A stretch of 32,000 nucleotides of DNA from Candidatus Thorarchaeota archaeon. Lineage in GTDB: Archaea > Asgardarchaeota > Heimdallarchaeia > Hodarchaeales > Hodarchaeaceae. Positions 18,727-27,130 of this stretch are shown in pieces (within the stretch, counting starts at the first letter, position 1; the number at the start of each line of letters is the position of its first letter). The DNA lies in NCBI GenBank assembly GCA_048882505.1, contig JBHLRO010000001.1, positions 30,001-62,000 of the forward strand. The letters are read 5' to 3'. The translations under genes were made by a program, and so were the position numbers. The notes under the pieces are model-generated. The model was not told where the DNA came from. It saw only the letters and a list, made by a program, of their open reading frames with translations, and made no database searches.

Positions 18727-19341
18727 TCAAAGGTGGATTTTATCGCGTATTCGTTCCTGAAGAAACCCAACGTCATGAATAGCGCTTTCTAGTTGCTTAT
18801 ATACCTTCTTCAAGGTTCCCTGATCAAAAGATTCAAGGAACTTATCGATTTTTTCCTCATCATGAGTGGTGGCCAGCCTTAGCAGAGGAAGAATTGATTT
18901 CATAGATCCATGTTCAATTAACGGCCGGGAGAATTCCATACGGGCATCTTCGAGCTTAGTCCCCACCCTTTCCCCAAAAGAAGTTAGGCGATAGTGTTTT
19001 GATCCGCGGCCGCTCTCTTCCGTCGAATGAGGGACTTCTTCTATAATTCCTTCATCTTTTAATTCCTTCAAGATTGGATAAATGCTGGCAGTTTTTGGAT
19101 GCCATTTACCTTCGGTTATGTCTCTAATCGTTTGAGCTAGGTGATATCCATGGTATGATCTTGGTTTAGAACCATGAGATGGCTGCAATTTTTCCACGCT
19201 TTCGTGAAGACTGTGATGTAGAAGAAGATGGAGAATAAAGAAACGGAGACTTCCACGCCGATATCCCCTCATCCATCTCTTTAATAATTCATCTGCCCTA
19301 GTTTCGAACGTAGACTCCTGTTCGAGGTGATTAGCCTCCAT
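18727..19341 (-). CDS. PadR family transcriptional regulator
   Basis: RGSLRFFILHLL...HGYHL...SIYPILKEL..EG.I...KHYRLT..G winged-helix pattern; C-terminal helical extension. Confidence 0.9.
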   Translation of the reverse strand: MEANHLEQESTFETRADELLKRWMRGYRRGSLRFFILHLLLHHSLHESVEKLQPSHGSKPRSYHGYHLAQTIRDITEGKWHPKTASIYPILKELKDEGIIEEVPHSTEESGRGSKHYRLTSFGERVGTKLEDARMEFSRPLIEHGSMKSILPLLRLATTHDEEKIDKFLESFDQGTLKKVYKQLESAIHDVGFLQERIRDKIHL

Positions 19342-19402
19342 TAGAGCGTCGTCTCCATTTACATACCTACGCTGGTCTGCTATATCAATTCGAGACTATA
19401 CA

Positions 19403-19426
19403 GGAAACCTATATATATAGCTTTCC
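19403..19426. promoter_or_regulatory. 24-bp near-perfect palindrome with a TATATATA core: bidirectional promoter and/or PadR operator
   Basis: GGAAAC-CTATATATATAG-CTTTCC (one mismatched pair) in the 123-bp gap between divergent padR-like and ABC genes. Confidence 0.6.
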
Positions 19427-19464
19427 TTCATATCGTAAACACCCTTTCTTTCGGAAGAATATCA

Positions 19465-21252
19465 ATGCAGGCATACAAAACAAGTGCAGATTTACCGACG
19501 AAGCGTTATCGGTCAGCCACACATTGGTACTTGAGTTTTTTCTGGCGGAGTCCCAAACTAGTTTTTCTCAGTTTGGGCGTTTCGCTTATCAGTGCCTTCT
19601 TAACTGTTGCGCCGAGTCTATTGTTAGGGATGGCATTTAGTGCTCTTGCAGATGAGAATTTCTCATTCAATTCTAACTTCCTGATTATCTGTTTAGGAAT
19701 TGCGATAACCTCATTTCTGTCATTTCTTTTTACCTTTATTACAAACTATTCTTGGACTGTGGCGGCGTTTCGTTATGAGCGTGATGCACGACAAGAATTC
19801 TTTGATACGATTCAATCCCATTCCATGACATTCCATGATGAGATAGATTCTAGTAGTCTTCTCTCGATGGCAATGAATGAAATCTCTCAGATGAGGATGG
19901 GGATCAATCCTTCTCTACGGATGCTGCTCAGCAGTCTCTTAAGTATGGGATTCGTAATGATTTCATTTTACGCATTTGATCCTCGCTTTTTCCTTGTCGT
20001 TATCATCGGATTTCCTATTTATTTTGTGCTTGTCATTCGATATGCAGGAATCGTTGGCCCTATTAGGCGTGAACTGGCATCTAGACTCGCAGTTGTAACC
20101 CGAGATTCTCAAGAAATTTTCCGAGGAATTGAGGTAGTACGTAGTTTCAACCAAGAAGATCAGGAAAAAGAAAGGTTTAACCTTGGAAGCTCAAGATATG
20201 CTGATATAGTTACAAAGGAAGGTAGATTATCGGCCTTCTTTTGGCCAGCCCTTGTTTTAATCGCCGTTACTGCAATAATATTTGGAATGGGTTTGATGAA
20301 CATTCAAACGAGTGTCAATCCAAGCGAAGCCGTAGGTGCCTTCACAGCGTCGGTGTCTCTCTTGTTAACTTTACAATTTATGAATTTCATGCTTCCCATG
20401 GCCTTAATAAATATCCGAGCTGGTAAAATGAATGCAGATCGAATATGGAACAAAATAACATGGGTAGATCCTGTTCCCGACGCCGCCACCAAGGGAAATC
20501 TCCCAGATTGGAGTGGTGATATCATTTTTGAAAATGTTCACATGAAGTACACCGGATCGACGAAATACGCACTCGAAAACATCAATCTTAAGATTCCCAA
20601 CGCTGCCCAAGTTGCGGTAATTGGAGGCCCTGGATCAGGTAAATCGACGTTTCTAAAACTACTGTTAAGATTATACGATCCTACTGAGGGAGTTATAAGG
20701 ATAGGGGGCGTCCCATTTACGAATATCCCTGCAAATGAGATACGTAAGGGGGTTACAATGGTGGAACAGGAAGTATTTCTCTTTTCTGCGTCAGTTCGCG
20801 AAAATATAGCATTTGCTCGGCCAAATGCTACAGAGGAAGAGATCAAGACCGCAGCCATACAGGCTCAAGCATGGGAGTTCATCAGGGACCTACCTAACGG
20901 CCTCGAAACAAAAATCGGGGAACGAGGTTCTAAGCTCTCGGGTGGACAACGTCAGCGTATAGCCATCGCTCGAGCATTGATAGCTGATCCTAGGGTTCTT
21001 TTATTGGATGATTCAGTATCTGCGATTGATTCTAAGACTGAAATGCTACTTCGGCGTGCCTTGGACAAGTTAATGGAGAATAGAACCTCCATTGTAGTAA
21101 CCCAGCGTCTTCGGACTCTTTTGGAGTCAGATTTCATCATTTTGTTTGATAAAGGAAATATCTGTGCCTACGGTACTCACGAGCATCTTCTAAAAGAATG
21201 TGAGCAATATAAGGTAATCTTCGCGAATCTTCCTGAAGTTATAGGAGGTTAA
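19465..21252 (+). CDS. Type IV ABC exporter half-transporter (TM287-like subunit of a heterodimer)
   Basis: TMD + NBD; GGPGSGKST, LSGGQRQR, Walker B LLLDDS (E to D), switch TQR (H to Q). Confidence 0.95.
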   Translation: MQAYKTSADLPTKRYRSATHWYLSFFWRSPKLVFLSLGVSLISAFLTVAPSLLLGMAFSALADENFSFNSNFLIICLGIAITSFLSFLFTFITNYSWTVAAFRYERDARQEFFDTIQSHSMTFHDEIDSSSLLSMAMNEISQMRMGINPSLRMLLSSLLSMGFVMISFYAFDPRFFLVVIIGFPIYFVLVIRYAGIVGPIRRELASRLAVVTRDSQEIFRGIEVVRSFNQEDQEKERFNLGSSRYADIVTKEGRLSAFFWPALVLIAVTAIIFGMGLMNIQTSVNPSEAVGAFTASVSLLLTLQFMNFMLPMALINIRAGKMNADRIWNKITWVDPVPDAATKGNLPDWSGDIIFENVHMKYTGSTKYALENINLKIPNAAQVAVIGGPGSGKSTFLKLLLRLYDPTEGVIRIGGVPFTNIPANEIRKGVTMVEQEVFLFSASVRENIAFARPNATEEEIKTAAIQAQAWEFIRDLPNGLETKIGERGSKLSGGQRQRIAIARALIADPRVLLLDDSVSAIDSKTEMLLRRALDKLMENRTSIVVTQRLRTLLESDFIILFDKGNICAYGTHEHLLKECEQYKVIFANLPEVIGG

Positions 21253-21256
21253 AACG

Positions 21257-23239
21257 GTGTCACATGGTCATAGGGGTCGAATGTCAGTATTTAGCTCTGA
21301 AAAACATCGAAACACTCGGTCTACTAAGCAATTGCTCAGAATGTTATGGAAATATTTAGCTGAATTCAGATTTGCTTTGTTTCTTTCAGGTGGGTTGATT
21401 TTAGCATACACTCTTGGGAGCGTTTTTTCTCCTCTCTTGATTCAGGCTGGTTTAGATGCTGTGGTTGATGGAACGGCGCTTGCAAACCCTGATTTTCTTA
21501 CAAACCTATTTCTTCTCTTCATTGGATTGAGTTTAGGGATTTGGGTATTGAATTCATCGAACACCTATCTGCTGGCACGGGTGAGAGCGAGCATGCTGCA
21601 CGCTGTCCGAGCTGATATCTTTGGGAAACTTGTGCTTGCAGACATGAGTTTTCATAAAAAGGAACAGAGTGGTAATGTGACAAGTAGGGTGACTTCTGAT
21701 ACAGATGAACTTGCAACAGGAATTACCGTGTTTTCCAATATGTCTTCCCAGATTCTCTTGGGGCTAGGTACCTTCCTCATTTTATTACTTACCAGTTGGC
21801 TGATCGCAGGGGTGGCACTTCTTGCGATCCCCATCGCAGCGGTATTAGCAATCGTTCTTGGAAAGCTGGGGAGAAAGATCATGTACGGTGTTAGGAGGAG
21901 CTATGGAGAGACCAGTGGGCAGATGGCGGAGAGTCTGGCCGGAGTTTCCATCGCAAAAGCTTTTAATCGTGAAGAATGGTCATCCGCAGTCCTTTACGAT
22001 TTAAATGAGAAAACTTATCAATACTTCAAACAGATGGGTGCCCTCTTCAATTTTATGTTTCCCGCAGTGTCTATGATATCCACAATTCTTGTGGCAATGA
22101 CATTGGTCGTAGGAGGGTACTTATCGACAACCGTATTATCACTAGGGTCAATATATCTCGGCACGATTATGGTCCAACGTTTTCTTAGTCCCCTTTTGCA
22201 TATAGCCATGTTTTATCCTCAAATTCAGGCATCTTTGGCGGCAATGGATCGTGTCGCAGATGTTTTAGAACAGGAATCGCGAGTTACCGATAAGCCGAAC
22301 GCGGTACCGCTCGATACAACCGACACAAGCGTTACTTTCGATAATGTTTCCTATGAGTACGTAGAGGGCACCAGAGTTCTTCAGGGCGTGTCATTTCAAG
22401 TCGATCAGGGTGAAAAATTAGCTGTCGTGGGTCATACGGGAGCGGGTAAAACGACACTTGCTGCTCTAATTTCACGATTTTTTGATCCCACTGAAGGAAG
22501 AATCTTAATAGGGGATCAAAATTTACGTGATGTTACTCAGGCAAGTCTACATTCAAATATAGGACTCATCGGACAGGAACCGTACCTCTTTGCAGATACT
22601 GTAATGGAAAACATTCGTTACAGCAACAGGGACATATCAGATGGAGAAATCATTGAATTATGCAAGTTGATTGGAGCAGATGACTTTATCGAAGCACTAC
22701 CAAACGGATACGAAACCGTTCTTCAAGAGAGTGGAAAAGGATTAAGTTCAGGACAGCGTCAAATGATTACTATCGCACGAATGATGCTGGCGGATCCCCA
22801 GATCTTGGTTCTGGACGAAGCCACGTCTCGACTTGATGCTTACTCTGAGAGTTTGGTTCAGCTAGCTCAACAGGCATTATTCAAGGGACGCACAACTTTT
22901 GTGATTGCACATAGACTCACAACAATACGGGACGTAGATCGCATTGCTGTATTTGAAAAAGGGAAATTGGTGGAACTAGGTACACATAAAGAGTTGTTAA
23001 GTCAATCTGGTGTGTATGCGGAACTTTATGATACGTATTATAAACACCAAGGAGTTGAAGAGATAAGCGAGGGCCTTGAGGCCAGAACAGAGGCCGAGAC
23101 TCCCACCCTCCCCCCATATCTCCTTGCAATGGCCAAATCCCATGGCATCGACCCCGAATCGATGCTCGCAAGGATGAAGGAGAGGGGGATGGATCCTGAG
23201 AAGATGAAAGAGATGATGAGAGAAGGGGGTTCTCACTAA
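21257..23239 (+). CDS. Type IV ABC exporter half-transporter (TM288-like subunit) with Met-rich C-terminal tail
   Basis: GHTGAGKTT, degenerate signature LSSGQRQM, LVLDEATS, AHRL; GTG start after GGAGG. Confidence 0.95.
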   Translation: MSHGHRGRMSVFSSEKHRNTRSTKQLLRMLWKYLAEFRFALFLSGGLILAYTLGSVFSPLLIQAGLDAVVDGTALANPDFLTNLFLLFIGLSLGIWVLNSSNTYLLARVRASMLHAVRADIFGKLVLADMSFHKKEQSGNVTSRVTSDTDELATGITVFSNMSSQILLGLGTFLILLLTSWLIAGVALLAIPIAAVLAIVLGKLGRKIMYGVRRSYGETSGQMAESLAGVSIAKAFNREEWSSAVLYDLNEKTYQYFKQMGALFNFMFPAVSMISTILVAMTLVVGGYLSTTVLSLGSIYLGTIMVQRFLSPLLHIAMFYPQIQASLAAMDRVADVLEQESRVTDKPNAVPLDTTDTSVTFDNVSYEYVEGTRVLQGVSFQVDQGEKLAVVGHTGAGKTTLAALISRFFDPTEGRILIGDQNLRDVTQASLHSNIGLIGQEPYLFADTVMENIRYSNRDISDGEIIELCKLIGADDFIEALPNGYETVLQESGKGLSSGQRQMITIARMMLADPQILVLDEATSRLDAYSESLVQLAQQALFKGRTTFVIAHRLTTIRDVDRIAVFEKGKLVELGTHKELLSQSGVYAELYDTYYKHQGVEEISEGLEARTEAETPTLPPYLLAMAKSHGIDPESMLARMKERGMDPEKMKEMMREGGSH

Positions 23240-23349
23240 AAGGCCTGGATTTGCCAAATTTCTGTTTATCAATGATTGCGAATTTGGGCGTCAATGCCAG
23301 AAGTATGGCTAAAAGTCTTTGAACTCCTAGTTTTAGATCTTTGAGAGGT

Positions 23350-25110
23350 TCATCGTCTGATTTTCCTCTTTCTAAGTGCAGAAGCGGCTAGAAAGATCAC
23401 TATGGAGGTCAAGGTCACGGTCAATGATCCATCAAAAAACGCAGTCTGATTGGGGAAGCCATCGGTCCCGTTCGTGCCGAAGTTTCCAGGTAAAAACAAC
23501 ACCTGTACATATTCGGACTTTGAAATTTGACTTAATCCTTCATAGTTTTCAGCTACGACTGCATAATAGAAATGCTGCTCACTGGTATTAACGTAGTCAA
23601 TAAATTGGTTCTCAGTGACCGTGGCAATGGGATCTAACTCAGCAACGGAGGTTACGGGTGTTTGGTTTCTATATATTGAGTAATTTATCGCACCATAAAC
23701 CTCATTCCAGTGTAATTGAATTATCCCATTAGTTGAAGGATTTGGCAAGATTTTCTCCAAGGTGGGGACAGCTGGCAATCCATGGAACTTCTTATAGAAT
23801 ATGTCACTATCGAAGTCTGCATTTTGATACGATGAGTAATCGTTCCATGCAACATGGACAAATCCCGATTTGTCAACATAAATGGCGGGATAAGATGAAA
23901 GTAGGCTCGATTCTGTCGAGACTACGTGCATTGTGGACCAGCTATCTGATACCGCATCATACTGTCTATATATGATGTCCTGATCGTCCCCCGATCCAAG
24001 GTAATCGCCAAATCCATACTGCGACCAAACAATGGATGGATTGTTTCGGTCATCAACGGCGATTTGAGGTTCAGTGCACCAGTCACTAAATCCTTCGGAG
24101 ACGAGAGTGATATTTTTCCATATTCCAAGTGATTTATCATATTTCCTATAGAAAACATCATAATCTGGACCACTGTTCAACATGTCTGTCAGATCAAGCC
24201 ACGCAACGTGCACATCTGATGCTGTATCGGTGATCAGTGAGGGTTGCAAGGAGCTATCTGAGCTTTCAAATGAAACAACAGTAATCGCTGACCAATAGCT
24301 TAGTCCAGGGATATATTTACGGTACAGGATATCGATATCGTTTCCCCCAAAGGTGTTTGTATAATCAGCCCATGCAAAGTGAATGGTTCCTTCCGGATCG
24401 ATTGCGATTTGGTGTTGGTATGAAGTTTCATTGCTTCTAGTAGAAATAACCATCATTGGACTCCAGGAATTGTTTCGCGAGAAGCGTTTCTTATAGAACA
24501 AATCCTGATCTGGGCCCGAATTCATCAGATTATTGGTTTCATCTGACCAAATCAAATGAATATCATTATTCGCGTCAACGGCAAATTGGGGGTTCCAGGA
24601 TCTGGCTGTATTTGAAGATTCCCGGGTTACCACTTCGAGCGGTCCCCATACACCAGTCGATTCGTCTCTCATCCGATAGAAAATATCATCATCTGTCCCA
24701 ACACCATCATAATCGCTGTCGTCCTGCCATGTGACGTGAACGTTACCAACATTATCTATCAATACCTGGGGGGAAGATGCCCCGCCCCCCTCAGTGTCAT
24801 AAACTACTTCATAATCCCCCCATGATTGAGCGGAAATTTCCCACCTCCTATAAAGAATGTCAAAATTCATCCCAGTCCTGGAAAAGTCGTTCTCACCTGC
24901 CCAAACGACGTGGACATTGCCACGGTCATCAACAGCCAAGTCTGGATAAAACGAATCCATTTCGCTGTTGTCCGAAACCACTTCCGTATAACTCCATGAC
25001 CACTTCTCCTGATCGGCAAAGACAGCCCCTGATGTGGTAGATGAACTTGAAGAGAGGGACATCGAAATCATTACTATTAGAAAAAGACTTAATGCAAGGG
25101 TTTTCAACAT
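23350..25110 (-). CDS. Membrane-anchored surface protein: signal peptide, 7 repeats (probable beta-propeller), FN3-like domain, TM, basic tail
   Basis: Seven ~58-60-aa repeats; FN3-like IQLHWNEVYGAINYSIYRN...YYAVVAEN; C-terminal TM + RKRKIRR. Confidence 0.85.
   Translation of the reverse strand: MLKTLALSLFLIVMISMSLSSSSSTTSGAVFADQEKWSWSYTEVVSDNSEMDSFYPDLAVDDRGNVHVVWAGENDFSRTGMNFDILYRRWEISAQSWGDYEVVYDTEGGGASSPQVLIDNVGNVHVTWQDDSDYDGVGTDDDIFYRMRDESTGVWGPLEVVTRESSNTARSWNPQFAVDANNDIHLIWSDETNNLMNSGPDQDLFYKKRFSRNNSWSPMMVISTRSNETSYQHQIAIDPEGTIHFAWADYTNTFGGNDIDILYRKYIPGLSYWSAITVVSFESSDSSLQPSLITDTASDVHVAWLDLTDMLNSGPDYDVFYRKYDKSLGIWKNITLVSEGFSDWCTEPQIAVDDRNNPSIVWSQYGFGDYLGSGDDQDIIYRQYDAVSDSWSTMHVVSTESSLLSSYPAIYVDKSGFVHVAWNDYSSYQNADFDSDIFYKKFHGLPAVPTLEKILPNPSTNGIIQLHWNEVYGAINYSIYRNQTPVTSVAELDPIATVTENQFIDYVNTSEQHFYYAVVAENYEGLSQISKSEYVQVLFLPGNFGTNGTDGFPNQTAFFDGSLTVTLTSIVIFLAASALRKRKIRR
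23785..24960 (-). repeat. Seven tandem intragenic protein repeats, consensus P.(I/L)AVD..G.VH(V/I).W.D......G.D.DI.Y(R/K)......W
   Basis: Repeats read directly from the translation (e.g. PDLAVDDRGNVHVVW, PQVLIDNVGNVHVTW, PQFAVDANNDIHLIW, PAIYVDKSGFVHVAW). Confidence 0.85.
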
Positions 25111-25384
25111 TTAACCTTCCTAAGAACTGATGTACAGCTATTATCTGTGCTACGTTGGTTTATGCAATTACCGGAGCGTTTTCAATGAGTTTAATGGAGG
25201 ATATGTATTCCAAGGAACGATTTCAATGCTTTTTTTACCATTAAACACAATGAAAACTCCTGATGAATAACCAAAGCCAAGAATGATCCTGGGTCTTGAT
25301 AACCTTAATTCTACGTTTTTCAGAGAAATCAGCGGGAAGATTCTTCATAAGGGGCCGAACTCCCAGGTCTTTGAAGTGTTCGAT

Positions 25385-26842
25385 ATGAATGTTGATGAGG
25401 AGACTCTAGATCCCGAAAACTGGAATGAGTTAAAAGCATTAGGACACAAAATGATTGATGATATGATGGATTTTCTTAAAGACATCAGAGATCAACCAGT
25501 ATGGCAACCCATGCCATCAGAGGTAAAATCATCTTTTCGAAGTTCCATTCCCCAAAAAGGTATGTCCCGTGATCAAATTTACGAGGACTTCAAAAGAAAT
25601 GTCCTTCATTATGGCAATGGTAATGTGCATCCTCGTTTCTGGGGCTGGGTCATGGGTACTGGCACTCCCTTTGGGGTACTTGCAGATATGCTAGCTTCTT
25701 CTATCAATCCAAATGTTGGTGGATTTGAACAGGCTCCGAGTTATGTAGAAACTCAAGTGATAGAATGGGCGAAGGAAATGCTGGATTACGATAAAGATGC
25801 TTCGGGAGTGCTGGCTTCAGGCGGGAGTATGGCGAATTTGATCGGACTAATCGTTGCTAGGAATATAAAGGCCGGATATGATATAATACGTGAAGGAGTC
25901 AAGGCCAGTAACAAAGATTTAATCTATTACGGATCCACAGAGACTCATAGCTCATTGGACAAAGCAATTCAAGTATTAGGGATAGGTCTTAATTTTTACA
26001 GAAAAATTCCTGTTCTACCCACATATCAGATCGATACTGTAAAACTAAGGGAAGTTATTGAAGCAGATATTGATGCAGGATTAAAACCAACGTGTTTGAT
26101 TGGCACTGCGGGGACCGTGAATACAGGTGCAATCGATGATCTTAATGTTCTTGCTGATTTGGCCGAAGAGTTTGATATCTGGTTTCATGTTGATGGTGCA
26201 TTTGGTGCATTGTGTAAGCTTTCGCCCAAGGCAAAACATCTGGTAGATGGATTAGAGAGAGCGGACAGTATTGCCTTCGATTACCATAAATGGATGTATT
26301 TACCTTTCGATGCTGGATGCGTACTCGTAAAGAGAAGAAAAGACCACTATAGGGCCTTAAATTTATCTGCTGATTATATAGTACACGAGCCAGGTGGGCG
26401 GGGAACAGCTGGAGGAGAAGTTTGGTATTCAGATTATAGTATAGAGTTGACTCGCAGTTTCAGGGCCTTAAAAGTTTGGATGGCGATAAAAGAGCATGGT
26501 GTTGAAAAATACGGTAGATTAATTGAGCAGAACATCAACCAAGCCAAATTTTTGGCCAGTTTGATTGAAGAGGAAAAGTACCTTGAATTGCTTGCGCCTA
26601 CGTCGATGAATATCGTGAATTTTAGGTATAACGACGGAGTAAGAACGAATGATCAACTCAATGAAATAAATCATGAAATTGTTCTACAATTACACGAAAA
26701 AGGGCTAGCAATACCTTCTGGTACTACTTTAAGAGGAAAGTACGCCATAAGGGCAGCAGTTACGAACCACAGATCCCAAAAAGATGATTTTACTTTTCTG
26801 GTAAAGCAAATCCTTCATCTCGTGGATTCAATTAAACAATGA
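25385..26842 (+). CDS. Group II PLP-dependent decarboxylase (aromatic-L-amino-acid/DABA decarboxylase-like)
   Basis: HPRFWG, SGGSMAN, TAGTVNTGAIDDL, WFHVDGAFG and PLP-lysine DYHKW motifs. ATG 25385 (MNVDEETLDPENW) is preferred over 25283. Confidence 0.93.
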   Translation: MNVDEETLDPENWNELKALGHKMIDDMMDFLKDIRDQPVWQPMPSEVKSSFRSSIPQKGMSRDQIYEDFKRNVLHYGNGNVHPRFWGWVMGTGTPFGVLADMLASSINPNVGGFEQAPSYVETQVIEWAKEMLDYDKDASGVLASGGSMANLIGLIVARNIKAGYDIIREGVKASNKDLIYYGSTETHSSLDKAIQVLGIGLNFYRKIPVLPTYQIDTVKLREVIEADIDAGLKPTCLIGTAGTVNTGAIDDLNVLADLAEEFDIWFHVDGAFGALCKLSPKAKHLVDGLERADSIAFDYHKWMYLPFDAGCVLVKRRKDHYRALNLSADYIVHEPGGRGTAGGEVWYSDYSIELTRSFRALKVWMAIKEHGVEKYGRLIEQNINQAKFLASLIEEEKYLELLAPTSMNIVNFRYNDGVRTNDQLNEINHEIVLQLHEKGLAIPSGTTLRGKYAIRAAVTNHRSQKDDFTFLVKQILHLVDSIKQ

Positions 26843-27130
26843 TAACTTCCTCCTGATCCTGTAGACGCTTCAATGAACAGTTATCTCGTAAATAAGGACC
26901 CAATTCGGGTAAAAGGTCCGAGAATGCCATAATATGGTTCTCAAAATTTGCTGGTTTATCTTTCCCAAGTTTATAACTTCGAGGATTTTTCAGGAAGTCT
27001 CTCTCATTTGATTGTCGCTTTCGCAATCTAGATAAGGTTAATTGGCGAGATAGATTTCATTGATGGAAAATTCCTCCTATTACCAGATGATTGGTGACAC
27101 GGCGTATTACGGAAGAAGAGGGGTTGAATA

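Noticed and set aside
19465-23239. Degenerate NBD motifs (DD, Q-switch, LSSGQ) as a novelty or sign of pseudogenisation
   Set aside because: They match the well-known asymmetric pattern of TM287/288- and TmrAB-type heterodimers.
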